From positions 4,340,001 to 4,404,000 of the forward strand of contig OZ316775.1 of NCBI GenBank assembly GCA_973851085.1: DNA of 64,000 nt. The letters are read 5' to 3'. Of the stretch, positions 12,202-26,600 are shown piece by piece; the first letter of the stretch is position 1; each line of letters starts with the position of its first letter. The stretch comes from Ptychomitrium polyphyllum. Its lineage: Eukaryota. Below the pieces are notes generated by a model, which was given only the letters and a program-made list of their open reading frames with translations, searched no databases and had not been told where the DNA came from. The translations under genes and the position numbers were made by a program.

Positions 12202-15200
12202 GGTAGCAGTACGGTATGAACCCAATTTAATCTACATTTTGGTCACTGAGTGTAGTTAAACGGCTCAGAATCAATCACCATTGTTTTTTTTAGAAAAGAA
12301 AGAAGAGTGGATGCGGTGTTTGAATAGGACTTGAATGCGGTTGGGAGTGCATTCAATTTGTATATTGTATGAGCAAGTTATGAGGGTTAAAGGTTCTATC
12401 TGTAGATGTTTAAAAATCAACTAGAAAGCAGATGTGCTCTTTGATGTATAAGGGCTGTACATTCACATTATCATTATGTTCATTATCCTTCAGAGTTAAC
12501 TGGTATTGGTTTAGGTGTTGATAATTCAATGAAACTTTTGGAGTTATAATGTGTTTTCTGTTGCAGAATATCTTTTATTGGCGTACATGCAATGAATATT
12601 TCTTTGCAGAAGTACCGAATGATGAACATGAGGGCCTTCACAGGGAGGGCTCTCCTTTTGAGCTTTCATGACGAGGATTAAGGTAGTAGTGCCCATGTTG
12701 GTCATTGAATGAGTCCTAGTTAAACGGCATGGGATCACCAGTTAGTGCACTTAGGTGTGCATTAGTTGCATATTTATTGAGGAAATTAAGGTTTTATTGG
12801 TAGATGGTTTAATGCTAAATGGAAGTAAATGTCCTCTTAGATGAACAGGAGCTTTACAGCCTCTAAATTAATGCGTTCATTTCCTTCAGAATTCAGTAGG
12901 CGTTGGTTCAGGTTGGATGTTGATGATACCTGAGCGATCTCTTGCAATGTGGGAGTCATGTTGTCATTTTTGTGATTTTGTTGTAAAAGTATTCAGAGCA
13001 GACTCAGCTCTCGCCAAGCAGGCCTTTCCAGTGGACAGAGAAGACTTGGCATCCACCAGCTCGAGTGTTCATCTTTAATGAATCACTTTCCGTCTAAAAT
13101 CTTCTCGTTCCGTCCCTGATCAAGCTGTGGACTGCCATCCACTTGCAACCTAGTCCTTAAGCTGTTATTCACCGTAACCTATCTTGCTAAACTGGTTCTT
13201 AACACAGCATTTTACATTTAAAGTTTTGTCGTTTCTCATGCAAGAGAAAACATTACGTTAAACTGAAAATCTTAGGTGCGTAAGTAAAGAGAACAACAAG
13301 AATTGGTAATTTGGTAGCTGCCTTTTAGGAGATACTGAAACAGTGTAGGCTTCAGTTGACCTACACACGTGAGAAAGAAGTTTGAATACAGATTGGCCAC
13401 GGAACTTAGTGGATGAAGGCCAGGGATTGGACGTGGGCCGCCATGAGAAGCATGTGGTTGCTTGCAGCATCATTCTCGCAACCCTTAAACCCAGATTCTC
13501 CTCAATTCCTTCTGTTTTGCAAAGGAAAGGCCTTGTAGGAATCAATGCGGAGTCAGTGTTGACGGTAAAAAGCAAGTAAGGATTGAGGGCGAGTTGCGAC
13601 ACTTTGTGAGTCATGCCAACCTCGTGCAAATTTAACTTCTATGGGAGCAAATGGGATGGTCAGGTGGCTGCTACAGAAACAGAACAGATGTTGGATATTA
13701 TGCTGGGGAAGACAAATTTTGCCGGATGTTTCGAGCTAGTATGAGTCAGGGCTTCGTGTGCGCGTAGAATCGATCAGCCCACACGTTGGTGCCTGCATTG
13801 GTTATCTCGCGTTTACTCATGTCTTTATCATCAACGGCAGGAGGTCAATGAACGTGTCTGTCTTCTTGTCTCGAAGAGCGATTTTGGGATTTTGTGGATG
13901 GGTTGGAATGTCATATCCGATGTTGATGCTGGCAGGGAAGAAACTGAAATTAGCAAGACTAGGTAACTTCGAGGTTGAGAACGTAGTCAAGGCTTGAGCC
14001 ATCCTTTATTCACACGAGAAATTGTAGAGGAACCGACATACCTGTGCGAATGTGCAGCTGTGATGTTCTGTAAATATCTCTGGAAAGTTTTCGTGAAGCT
14101 CCGTAGTTTGGGCTTTATCGTTGATTCTTACTGCACGAGTCGCACTGCGGAGTGAATGGGCGATAGAGTTTCATGTGTACTGTGTTCGCATTTCATATTT
14201 GTTGCATCTTGATGTGTGTAACGATGGAGCCAGTTTTCGCACAAGTTGACCATCTTTAATAACCTCGGGATTATGTCACCGGGCGACGAGTTTTTCGTAC
14301 ATGTTTAAATCTTCCACATATCTTGAAGGATGTTTGGGCAATAAGGTATCTGCTGTGGTTTCTACTCGTAGCCTGCAGTACTCACTTCAATGTTGTTGTA
14401 AGGTGTATTTTGTTCCGACATTTGAAAGCACAGTTGTAGCACCTATCGACCTCTTGAAATCTATCATGTGTTCTCGCTGTCTATTGTTCTCTCTGTGATC
14501 ATATACTGTAAGTTCGAGTACAAATGAGTAGAGTGGTACGGAGTCTTCCCGAGCTGTTCAGATCTTGCTTAGTTTTGTGTTGGCTCAGATAACTGGAAGG
14601 TGCATTGACTTGTAGCAAGGTCTCCAATCGGCTGATTTTCTGGCTTATGACAAGGATACGTTCACCCACATTGTGTAGATTGTCACACGTGACACGACGG
14701 CGACACTGAGGCGCTCACATGTGTGGAGTAGTTCAAAGAGTACTAAAGTTTGAAATTCCTGGCGTAAATGCTAGCAGCTAGACGCAGAATTGGTGAGCTG
14801 CAGATAGAGTTCGTGAGCTGCGAGTTCCGTGCTCTCTCTCGTCCTTTCTCCCAACTCTTTCTTCCATTCGAAAACTTTCGCATTTCTTAAGGAGCAGTGC
14901 ACCATTTGGTGCGTGAAGTCGAGGTTCCAGTTACTACGTTCAAGATTTCTGGCAGGTCCTTTCCGCCATTGGCCATTTTTTGGAGAAGATGTCTAGGTGT
15001 TTGGAGGCCTGGCGTTTCCGGAAAAACCCTACGCAAAGTTTATTATTCAGTGGAAGATTTCGGAATGGTTTGATTCACAGAACCCGCGGTTGACAGGCTG
15101 CCCTGAAGGAGTGTCCCCACTGATCACTATGGAGCATGGGGTAGGATATGGAATAGTGGGATATTTTGGTTAGATGGTGGACGTAGACATTCTTACTCTG

Positions 15201-15360
15201 AGGTTTAGAGGACCCATGCTCTCTTTGCGCCTTTCTTCAACATCTCTAGAAGCTTGCTGCAGAATGCATCGAAGGGGAGGTATACGATTCGTAATGATAA
15301 AGTCCTGCGGCTCATTGTGATAAGCGAGTCGGCGAAGGACCTGCTCTGGAGGTTCCGACA

Positions 15361-18300
15361 ATGGCATTTCTACTCAAGGTTTTCTCCGGGTCAGATAGGC
15401 TGAAGGAGAAACAGAAGTCCGCGGTTATTGTAAACGAGACATTCCGAGCAGAGCTGGTACGTTGCAGCGTTCTCCTGCTTCACTCTAAACCTTCAGCGAA
15501 TAGCTTCCGCCATCAATTGGCTGCAATGAGCGTCTTTGTCTATTTTTGTTCAGATACATCTAAGATCTCGTTCTGCTTAACCGTCAGCTAATCAAACACC
15601 CGTTACCTTTAGCCGTAGCTCTTCACTGAAAGTACCAGCCACCTTCCAAACGGAAAATTTTGTATGCCAGCCACTTTCCTCGGAACATTTTTTCACATTT
15701 TTCCTGCTCAAGTTGAGATCTGTCCTTGACTTTGAAGCTTGTGAGAAGTTTCGTCCATTCTGAAAGTACGATTCCCTCTGCACCTGTCTCTTCTCATTAA
15801 TTCGATTGCCCTTCATGGTCACAAGCTTACACTCAAATATTGAGTAGATTTCAAGGATTCGATAGGTTTATTGCCATGTGTTCTTCTTTCTTTCGCTAGT
15901 ATAGATACTACAAATACAAGATTGATCTTCCCTCTTGCATCTATGTACATGTACGTAGACCTGATTGCTCTCGAGGTTTCAGTTTTTCCTTCAGCCCTAC
16001 GCGATGACCATTTTGAATGCCTTTATAGTGTTTGGTATGAGAATCAATAGCTGTACCAATTAATGAAAACTGCTTTACGGTCGAGCTGTCAATAGCTCTG
16101 CAGAGTTCCTTAGGCACTATTGGCGATTAAATTTATACTGTTTACTTTTACTATAGCAGTGTAAGTTTAGAAGTCATTTTCTTACTGCTTGTAGCTTCGA
16201 TTGTGGTGGAGCAGAAAGCTGTGCAAACTAAGCTGAAAGTTGAGAACTATGAGCTGCAAATGCTTGTGGAGATGATATACGATTCCTCCTATCCTGAATC
16301 TCAGGTAAACACCACTAATCTTCATTCACTAGATTTCTTTTCAAGGGGAGTTTGTGAATCCGTCCATAATGAACTTTTGTTTGTAATTTATCTTTTTATA
16401 TTGGTTCGAAAAATAGTATGTTCTGCTTCGGAGCTTTATCTTCATGTAGGAAGCGTAGACGGAGAAGTGCATCTGCATACAGGCCAAATATTCTACTGTC
16501 ACTTACATTGTGATTAAGAAACAAATTTGCGTTGTACTGGAATGAGCACCATAAGTGGATTGGAAATTTAGTGTATTTAGTCATAGAACAGTAAGCCAGG
16601 AGTTGTATTCAACGTTTCAGAAATTTTTGAAGCAACCTACGGAAGATCGACTTTATGCGCACAAGGAAACTATCTCAAGCCTTCTCTTTGGCTTGGCTGC
16701 TCAAGGTCATATTCTTTCTGACTTCGCATTCTATTACTAGGAATTGCACCTGAATTTTGACGAGCTCATCATGAACTGCAGAATGCTTTCAAGGTTGAAT
16801 AATCTCAGCAGATAAATCCTTAAAAGTTGGTAGCTTAATACTCTTGGTCCTTTTGGCGAGAGAATCGCTTAGGGCAGCAATAAAATTGTTACGTAGTCCT
16901 TTTACAACGCTAAAGTGGTATTTGTTTTCAGGTTTTTCGGTAGCACCCTTGATCCTCACCCATTTTCAGAAGTATGGAAGTGATGCCATTGCTGACATAC
17001 TCATCAACCTGCTCGAGCTTGTACGACCTCTTCTGGATTCCAAAGACATGCCGGAGTTCACAAGTGACGATATTTTGGATGCCATAGACATCCAATGGCA
17101 CTCTTCTGTGAGATCAAGTCCTGCTTTTGGTTCTTTAAGAGGCTCTAGAGCTCCAAGTCCGCTTCAAAGCCCTCGTGTAAGTTTCTCGAATATAAGCCCC
17201 CGAAAGAGTATCTCCAGCCCTCAGAGCCCATTTTCTATTGAAAGAATGCTGGGATCAAGTCCTGGACAAATACCTCCTTATGGATCGCCCTCACCAAGAA
17301 AGACTCAATCTTTTAGTTTTTCTCCTCCGTCCTCATTGCCAGATTCAGGCCAGGAGGGTCCAAAGGCTGCTCCGCCGAGAAGATCCTTATCTTCTCACTA
17401 TCCCGCTTCAGACGTCAATCTTTCTCAATCTTATGGAGAGAGGCTTGAACCACTTGCGGAGCATGACGAAGAGGCCAACACTGATTTTGGAAAGTTTAGA
17501 AAGCGTGACCGGAGCAGTGCGGAATCATTACCAGAAAACAAAGCAGATTCATGTGAAAAGTCATCATCATATGAAGCCGACAACAATGATGCCCTCTCGA
17601 GAAATGGGCCGCAACGCTCTTTGATATCTGCAGGTGCTGATGGTAATGATTATGCCGTTGAGGAAAGTTTCAAAGATTTTTCTATAGCATGTCACAACAA
17701 ACTTGTCCCTGTTCACCCTTACAGCTTGAGCTGGGGTGTGGATACAGGAGAATATAGCAAAGCGTCCATCAACATCCCTCGAAGCTCAAAATCTTCCGTA
17801 GTTAAGGAACTGAATGGGAGCCATAGTAACGGGAGAGCTGAAGACGCTGATGACCGTGATAATCATAACGACGATGCAGGTGTTAACGAAACCAATGAAA
17901 CAATCGTGAGATCCTTGCCTCTTGGTCGCGTTAGAAGCAGTTCCAACAGCTTCGACAAACCGAGACTAGATTTTCCGCATGAACAATTCGATAAGAGTGT
18001 TCGAAATGTTATTATTGAGGCCCCATCTGAAGGAAGCTTTACCCGAGTTGGAGGAAATGAGGATATAGCTAAGAACATTTTAGAAAAAGATGTGCCAATT
18101 CGTGATTCGTTTTCTTCGAGTAACTGTGAAAGGCAGATACTTGAGAAGGAAATCGTGGCGTCCTCGTCTTCTCTACCAATAAAAAGAAACCACGTTGAAG
18201 ATTCAGAACAGAGAGATCTTGAAACGAATGGGCAGGAGCTTAATTCTACTGATGATTCAGTCACGTTCGAGAAAGGACTGAGAGGTATGCTTCTAGTCCT

Positions 18301-21300
18301 TCAATTTTCAGCTGCTGAAAATCTGCCTTGGACAGTCTTCTTAGGGTAAACAAGCTGTAAAACATAAATTGTTTTGCTCGAAAATCGGAATTTCGTATAA
18401 TTGTGGAGATTTAGATTTTGGATTGTGACCGATTTATAAACCAGATATTTTTAGACTGTTTGAAATTTTCCTCCTACAATTTCAGAGGACCTTTTTCATC
18501 TTTCAGATAGGGAGGGCGTCGTCAAGATGGTAGATGTCCCAACTCCTCAAGTAGTCATAAAAACACAGCTGCAAACAGCGGGTAACAAACGTGACGAGAG
18601 CGAAGAAGTTCAGGAAGCGAAGGACTTTCTATCTCCTAACAATATGTTCTATGATTCATTGATGCCGACTCTCGACCACGAAAATTATATAATGATTTCA
18701 ATTAATGATTCTAATGCGAAGGAAGTCGAAGATGAAAGTTTAAATGTCCTAGCATTCAGCTCGTTGATGGAGGGTTGTGAACATGATGTGGAAACGGAAA
18801 TTGCTTCTGCCAGAGACAGTGACAGCGAGTGTGAAATTAAAGTGGAATATTCGTCGTCACGCTTTCAAGGTTGCCGACTTCACTTCCTTTACTCTCTTGG
18901 CATTTGTGTGTTTTATGCTTAGTTGGAGCGCTTATTTGTCCTTTGATCTAGCTACTCTCACACAGTGGGTTGTGTGCCATAATCAACTCAAGTTCTGAGG
19001 ACTGACGCAATTCAGTACATAATTTGATATTCTGGTAAATTAGCTTCCTTCAATTTTGTCAGTCGTTATATTTATGCCAGGATTAAATTCTGAAGACTCA
19101 CCCCTGCTGAATCGAGCTTCATCACCCCATGATACTAAGGTTGGGATATTCGTACAGGTACGATTAAGGTGATTTTTGCTTCTATATGCATTTTTTAATT
19201 ATAGTCGTAACTCGTTGGAAAAAATGACCAAGAAGCGTAGGGCCAGATTGTTACAACAACCATAAATCGTCCCTACCGTAGTTTGAGTGCACGGTCTTTT
19301 TTCTTGCTTAGTTGGGAATACTTTCTGACTTGAAGGGCTTCACTATCTTCACTATTTATCTACATTTGTATCTTGTTGATGGCGTAATTTACAAAAATAC
19401 TTGGCAATTAGCAAATGGTTAACGACAGCTAGTCGTCTTGTAGTTTCTCTTTGATCGTTACTGATGTGAAGGCGTGATCGTTTATGCAGGGAGAGCCCTT
19501 CTTGTCTGTATGTGAAGCTGCGGTTGGGGAGCTGGGATCCAGCTCCTGGTTAGAGAAATCCATGTTAATACGATTAGAAGGCTTTGAGTACGCAGGTGAT
19601 GCAAAAGGACTAGGAGATAACATTCAGAATGAGATTGATAAAGCAGAAGAAGATATGGGAAAGTTCTTCCCAGAGGGAACCAATAATGAAGGCAGAGACG
19701 GAGCAGTAAATGGTGTCGAAGGGGATGGGGATAAAGATGGAAACGCCTCCAGAGTGCTTATCCCTGACTCCTCTGTGGTGGAGGATAACAATTTCTTGGT
19801 GTCACGTGTAGTCGAAGACGAGGAAGAGAGTTACTCGTCACCCGTGGGATCTAACGAAGAATCTTTAGAGGAAAAGTCAGGTATTGAAACAGAGGTAGAA
19901 GATCAAGAACAAGAACCTCCTCAGCAAAGGTATATTGTAGACATTGGAACTGATATCTTGTCACAGTCGACTTTTTCTAATGATTACGATTATGGGGCCA
20001 ATGATGAAAGCACTTCCTCTTCAGACGATGAAAGTTCCAGCTCTACTTCGTCCGCGGAAAAACATCAAAGCTCGTCTAGTTCTGATGATGAAACTGATCA
20101 TGAAAGCTCCTTGCTATCTATAAGAGCGAAAGAAACAGAAGAGACTGCGCCCTCCCTATTAGTTTCAGTCTTTGACGAAAATGGGCATCCTTGTCCTGTG
20201 GAAAATGGAGAACATCTCGCTGGCATTGATTCATCTGTAGTAGTATCTAGCATTGACGGAGATGAAAATAAGGCCCACGAAGCAGAGAGAATAGGTCTTG
20301 ATGAGCATGTCAGTAATCCTGAGCTCGACGTTTCACAAGGTGCAGATTTGCATACTCCCAGTTACAATTTGGTTACGTTTGAGCTCACAAAATTGTCCAG
20401 AGATGATAATGAAGACATAGGCTCCTGCTCCTCCTTGCAATCTGAAGATGGTGCACTGCCGGATGTGATGAGTAAGTCGATTTCTTGTAATGACCTCGAC
20501 ATGACCGTAGCCAACTGTTTTAATGGAAACGGATTAGCTTCTCCATCGAATTCTACAGCTTCCTTAAATACTGTTGCAACTGGAGCGTCCCTCCTGTCTT
20601 TGTCACCTCAGTACGAACGTGGATTGGTGGATGATACTACTTCAGAGGTGGTTCTATCAATTAAAATCGATGGAGTTCAAAATTTATGTTCCTCGGTGAA
20701 CACTGATGCAAGAGTATCTACAGATCTTGAGCTTGAGTTAAAGGTGGCTAAATGTTCATTGACTGAACAGAAGGATCAGAACGCCGAAGGAGCTGGCTTT
20801 GTTTACTCCGTGGCTCCGCACAGTGAGAACGTAAACGAGGAGGCGGATCGGAAACACCTGTCCGAAAACGAAACGAAAGAACTAAAAAATCCCAACCACA
20901 GTGATTATAATCTATATGTCAGCGATGTTGAAGGTGAAACTGCTTCTTTGCAGAATGTGTCGGGAATGGACCTTCTCATGAAAGATTGTGCGTCGCAGTC
21001 TCCTCAGCAGTTGCTAACCCATAGTAGCGATAAACAAGTTGCTTGTGTAAATGATCCTTTAGTGTTCCTCAGCAGTGATGCAATCACACATGCTGTTCTG
21101 TTGGGGAATAATGTCGAAGATAGCTTGCTCTCCAAGGACTTGGTTCAGAACAAGAGTGTAATTTCCTTCCATGCTACAGTCCAGGAAGCCATCAATGTTG
21201 AGCTTTTTGTAAGTGAGTCAAGTTCAGGTCACGGAAAAGAATCAATTTTCGTTGGAGCAATGGACTTTCAGGTGGCCTACAATGATGGCGAGGCATGTTT

Positions 21301-23633
21301 TAATAATGAGGCCCTCGTCACTAGTTTTGGCAGTTCTTCTGCCAGGGAGAACAACTTTAGACATTCAGGGCATAATGAGGTGAATACTTCTGGCGACGAT
21401 CGTTCACAAGATGCACAAGATGAAGAAGAGCAAGATTCCGCTAAGACCGACTCTGAAGGCTCTAAGCGTGAGGATCATTTGCTCCACGCTGAAGCTGAAG
21501 AACCGGGTGATGAACACGAAGTCCCTACCTTCACCAGTCTTGAAGCGAAAACCAGTGCAGATGCAGGTGGGAAATTTCATGTCCTCAAGGATCTGAGTGT
21601 ACGAGGTGGGCAGTACGAAGGCAATGGCAGCATACATCAATCGTTTAAAAGGGAAAACGGTGCAATCGCTAGAAGTGTAAATAATTCTGTTAAAGATCGG
21701 GGTGCTTTTGAAGTATCTCGAGACACTGATGACGAGGTGGCTTCTTCCTCTGAGCAGGATAATAAAGCTGTTCTTAATGACCAGTATGGACTAAACTCGG
21801 CTGACAGCAAAGCTAGAAGAAATGAAATTAGTGCTACTGAGCACGTCTCTAATCAGTTGATATCAACCAAATACGAAGACAATCCAGCTTGTAGTAATGG
21901 AAATGATATCAAAGAACATGCCATTCCTGGCACCAGTTCTCTCAACTTGTCTTCAACCGTTAATGAGGAAGACAGAAAATTGCTCACTGACGAAGTTGAT
22001 GGAGGTCATGATGTCACTAAACGTAAAATGCTGGCAGACGGGATGCCTTCAAATTCTGTGCAATTTGTGAAGCAGATTGATGCCAACGATTACGGAATGG
22101 GCGAAGCAGAGCAAGTTACAGAAGGAAATCCCCCGCCTGTTTCAGGTGGAGGAGTGTCCGGCTTAAGTGTTAATTCCTTAAAATTAGTATTGTTTGAATC
22201 TCAAAGTAAGGAAAACGCTGGGCAAGATGATGTTCTACAGTATCTCAAACGTGATGATTTATTGTTAGCTGAAGACAAGAGAGCTGGAGAATCGGGAGCT
22301 ATCTACGTCACGCCTTCCACCATTTGTGACGGGAACATGATTAATCATGTGGGACATGATCATGATAAGGGCAAGTCTGATAAGGAGAAGGATCTAGTAG
22401 TGCGTTTGGATGAAGTCGTACTACCTAGCCAAGCTGAAGAACTGGAAGGTCGAGATTTTAAACAGGTTCTGGATGGAGTAAATTTCAGTAATACTACAGA
22501 GTCATTGTGCGGTAGAAGACAGGAAAATGATGCTTTTGACGTGTGTGGTCGTACAACAAACTTACTAATTGATGAGAGCGAAACTAGTCGCCCGTCCGAA
22601 TTCTTTGGCATGATTCCACCTGCACCTGAGGATACGCACTCTGTGAAGAGCATGTCTCCACGATTTGTAGCTGCTTCGGCCTTAGAAGAGAAAGAAGATG
22701 AGTTACCGAGCAAGGGTACGCTTCCTGAGGAATTAGGAGTAGCGCTCTTTAAAAAGGAACAAGGTGGAGAAATTAGTGAACTAAGTAATGGCATGCAAAC
22801 TGCACAGCTTTCGGACGCTTTGGCTAATGAAGTAGTAGAGGAGTGGCAGATAAATAATAAAAATGAAGCGCAACAGCTCGAAAAGAGATCTGATACTTAT
22901 CTGAATACTGAAGATCCAGCAATTGAGAAAATGAAGGAGCCCATCTTGCATACTTTGGAAAGAGGTATGGAACTTGACCAAAAAGATGTTCATATGGGGT
23001 TTGTCACTGGACCCACAACATATGGAGTTTTTTTACACAACACTACGTTCTTAGATTCTCAGGGTGACTTTGTCAAGGCCCTTACAGCACCTGTAACTAC
23101 GGCAAGGTCTACTGAAGTCTTACAAACTGGGCCGGAGCATTACAGCATACGTGATTCGATCATTTGTACTCCGTAAGCATACTAAACCAGACTATTATTC
23201 TCATAACCTGCTTCGTTTGTCTTTAGTTAAGGATTTCATGTTGCTTGCTGCATCGTTGTTATTCTGTTTATTGAGCTTGAGTGTTATTAGTTCTGAGTTG
23301 ACACAAGCTGACACTTGCAAGGTAACCTTGTTAAACTAATAGAAGAGCCATGCTGTGCTCTTTACTTAGTGTTCTCAGATCAACATTTGGTAACACACAT
23401 GCACGACTTAGTATTAGATATAAGCTGCATTCCTTAATCTTCAGAAACATCAAAGTTCTTAATCCATTAAATACTGTGCCACTAATACTGTAAGTTTTCA
23501 AATTTTCTGAATTTTGTGCAGAGCGTCTCCAGATCGCAGCTCTTGGACACGCAAGAATATACAGCAGAGAAGGAGATACAATTTTCTTCGGACTTTGTGC
23601 TGCTCATGTTGTTCAAAAGCTTCAGCATTGTAA
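15361..23633 (+). CDS. Large uncharacterised protein (~1979 aa): small helical N-terminal domain, Ser/Pro-rich segment, very long acidic disordered region, C-terminal basic + Cys-rich tail
   Basis: Phase-consistent exons 15361-15456, 15995-16034, 16195-16304, 16600-16705, 16932-18284, 18507-18869, 19081-19157, 19490-23172 and 23522-23633 total 5940 nt. The model includes the 501-aa and 1230-aa ORFs of the track. The small 5' exons are less certain. Confidence 0.75.
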
Positions 23634-26600
23634 ATTAGGTGATAACTCTTTCCGAGCTGTCCTGTTTGTGAAAGTATTGTAGTAACCTTGCCATGTCAGT
23701 GACATTTTTCCAGGACCTCGATGTTTGTATACGAGATACATTCCTTAAAAGAAGCCAAATCTGGCCTTGATATGCACCCAGTATTCTTGACCACGATCAT
23801 TCAATGTATGTTCTTTTTGTTTGTTTTGTAGTCTTCAATGACCAATTTCCGATTTTTGGCATGATCTGATTATAGTGATGTGATTCAGTAACTACTTTCT
23901 GAGAAGTCGGGACGGTTGACGTGGTTCAAATGTTTGTGAGCAGATTGAGTTTTCAGATGTAAGTGCAGTCTCTCTCTCCAATATCCATGAAGTTGTACGT
24001 GGAAGAGAAGGTCAGTCTGTTGCAACTCCTGCTTTTCTTTGTTGTAGCTGGAAAAAAGTTAACCCCCAAGTCCCTATCTGGCCCAAAGTAGCCATTTTGA
24101 TACTGTATTGCTGAGATACAGTGCAATAAAACTACTCATGATGTTTTTTTAAAAGTTGATCTTTATATTTTCGGAAAGAAGAAAACAAATATTATGACAT
24201 AGCATTGTATTGGAGCTTGCTTAAGAACTCAAGATTGTCTTACAAAAGTTTAAAGAAATTGGAGCTAAAATTTTCATGGCGGGCAAGAGGAATATCCGCT
24301 CCTAAGAAGTGACATGTCCAATTAGACAGAAGGAAAAATGGCTAATCCTCTTTCAAATACCATACCTTCTTACCTGGTGCTACTTCGATTAAATACAAAA
24401 AAGTACGGATTATTTGGACTCTCCAAAATATTGCATCTTGAAGTTCATTCATTCTCTAGATTCATAATTTTCATGTGGATTTTATATGTGAAATTCTCAT
24501 CTTGTGAAAGCCACAGGCAGTTAGGATTAAAGTGCTTTATTTGAAACAATCTAGGTTGACGATTACCTCTTTACATGCAATTATGACTACTGACTGCTTG
24601 CAAATCTTACTCAAAAATTTTCACCTTTCTTCAGAAATAATTGAACGTTTACATCATTGCAACTTGGGCAAAAGTACAAACTTCACACGAAACCTAGAGG
24701 GTTCAAATCACTCACAACAGCTGCAGCTTCCCTATGTTGGAGGGTGAAGAGTTGAAAGAGCGCAATTCAGAACAAAACTGTCAGTCTTCCTAGGCAGCAG
24801 ACAAAATTGCTATAGCACAAGGTTTGCAGATCATGAGTTTACCAAGGCTTATGACTCTTGCTTCGCACGTTTAAGGCTGCATTCAATATACTTCAAATTT
24901 TTCCTCAAAAGGATCAGAGCAGTGCACATTTTCAGGACCTTGTCATCTACCGAGTGCATCAGATTGTTCTTTTATCCACTGTATCCCATTGCCAAAATTC
25001 TTCTCACAACAAAAGTACATGGAAGTATACACGTTGAATGGGATACAATTTTGTACTGTGCAATGAAACAAATTTTCCATTTGTGAACTCAGTTTAGTTA
25101 TAAAACTTAGTAATTTCTTTTTTGAAATCAGATTTGAAAGTAACCGAGTGTGAAGATACTATTCGTGTCAGTAAGGTGAGTCCACATACCTCAAGTCCAC
25201 AGCTTCATGCAAATTCAACACGTACATGCTTTCTCCAACACATTGCACCTTCTTTCAAACTTTGTAAAGCTCCAAATTACTGCAAATATTGTTATGAGAT
25301 CGTTATGGAAGTATAAATGAAGCCGATTAAGGAATTTTATCAGCAAAACATAGAGTTAAATAGGTTTGCATTGTGATATATCAAGCTTGCATATGAATTA
25401 CATACTCCCACTATAAAGAAAGTCTTTTTTGATAATCATGGTGAAGTTGTTTAGCTTCATCAAACTAAGTGATATGATGATTTGCCAATTAATCTTTTTT
25501 TCACCTTAACAAATCTTCTTCCTATCCAAAATTTAGTGGAGCTTGCGTAGCGGAGCTTGAGCTAAGAGTTTTAAAAGGACAACATCTTTATTTATTTGGC
25601 CATTTTATTTTGAATTCTTTTTATTTTGAATGAATGTTTGTAAAGGCATTTGCGGAACAACTTAGTGAATGTTTTCAATACATAAAATTTAATTCAATTA
25701 CATCAAGAATTATGATTTTTGTTAAATTAGAAAAGAGGAATGCATATAGTACATAAACAAGAAGTTAAGTTTTAAGTCAATTTTTGCTTAGAAAGTCCAA
25801 CAATAGATACTTGAACCAACAAAAATAAAATAAAATGGATATGGTAAACAACAAGGATCATTTTGCATGCATAATGGTATGATTATACATTTTATATGAT
25901 TGTGTACTTAAAGTACAATATAGATACGCATACATCAAATTTCATATTTAATTTTGCTCACTTCAATGTATTGCATATTGATCACTTGAATAAGAGCACC
26001 ATCTTTAAGTGTAGTTACTTGTATGTATGTATATATTTATATATATATATATATAACGAGCGTAATAAGGACAAAATTTTAATACAACATTATACATGAT
26101 ATCAAAAAATAACACATTATAATAGATGACAAAATGAGATATAATATGTTTAAAGTATCATTAGAAGTATATTAATATAAATAAATAATGCATAAGATAT
26201 TTATATACTATAACAAGTCTTTCAAATTATGGTTTAATGTCTTTACAAAATACAAAAGAATTCATTTAAAATAATAATCAATTAATACTAAAATAAACCT
26301 TTTATTATTATTTTGCAAAATTAGAAAAGTAGATTTTCTTTTTTTAAATCACACATGTTAGAATTACAAGTATAAAAATTCTAATATAAATTATTTTATC
26401 GTTATTCATGATGGAAATTTGTTGAAATATTATAAAATAAATTAAATGTAATTCATTATTATTTCAATGAAACAATTTTAAATAAAAGATAAAATAAATA
26501 AAGTCAACAAAACCTCTTACAAAGATTTAATATTGTTACATGTATAAATGGTAAATACACATAAAACTAACAATATAGCCTTTTGTAAATTGCAATTGTT

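Noticed and set aside
14827..14847. Possible miR535/miR529/miR156-type target site (CGTGCTCTCTCTCGT)
   Set aside because: The match is mostly the low-complexity CT core, with several mismatches opposite the miRNA 5' end, and no hairpin was seen.
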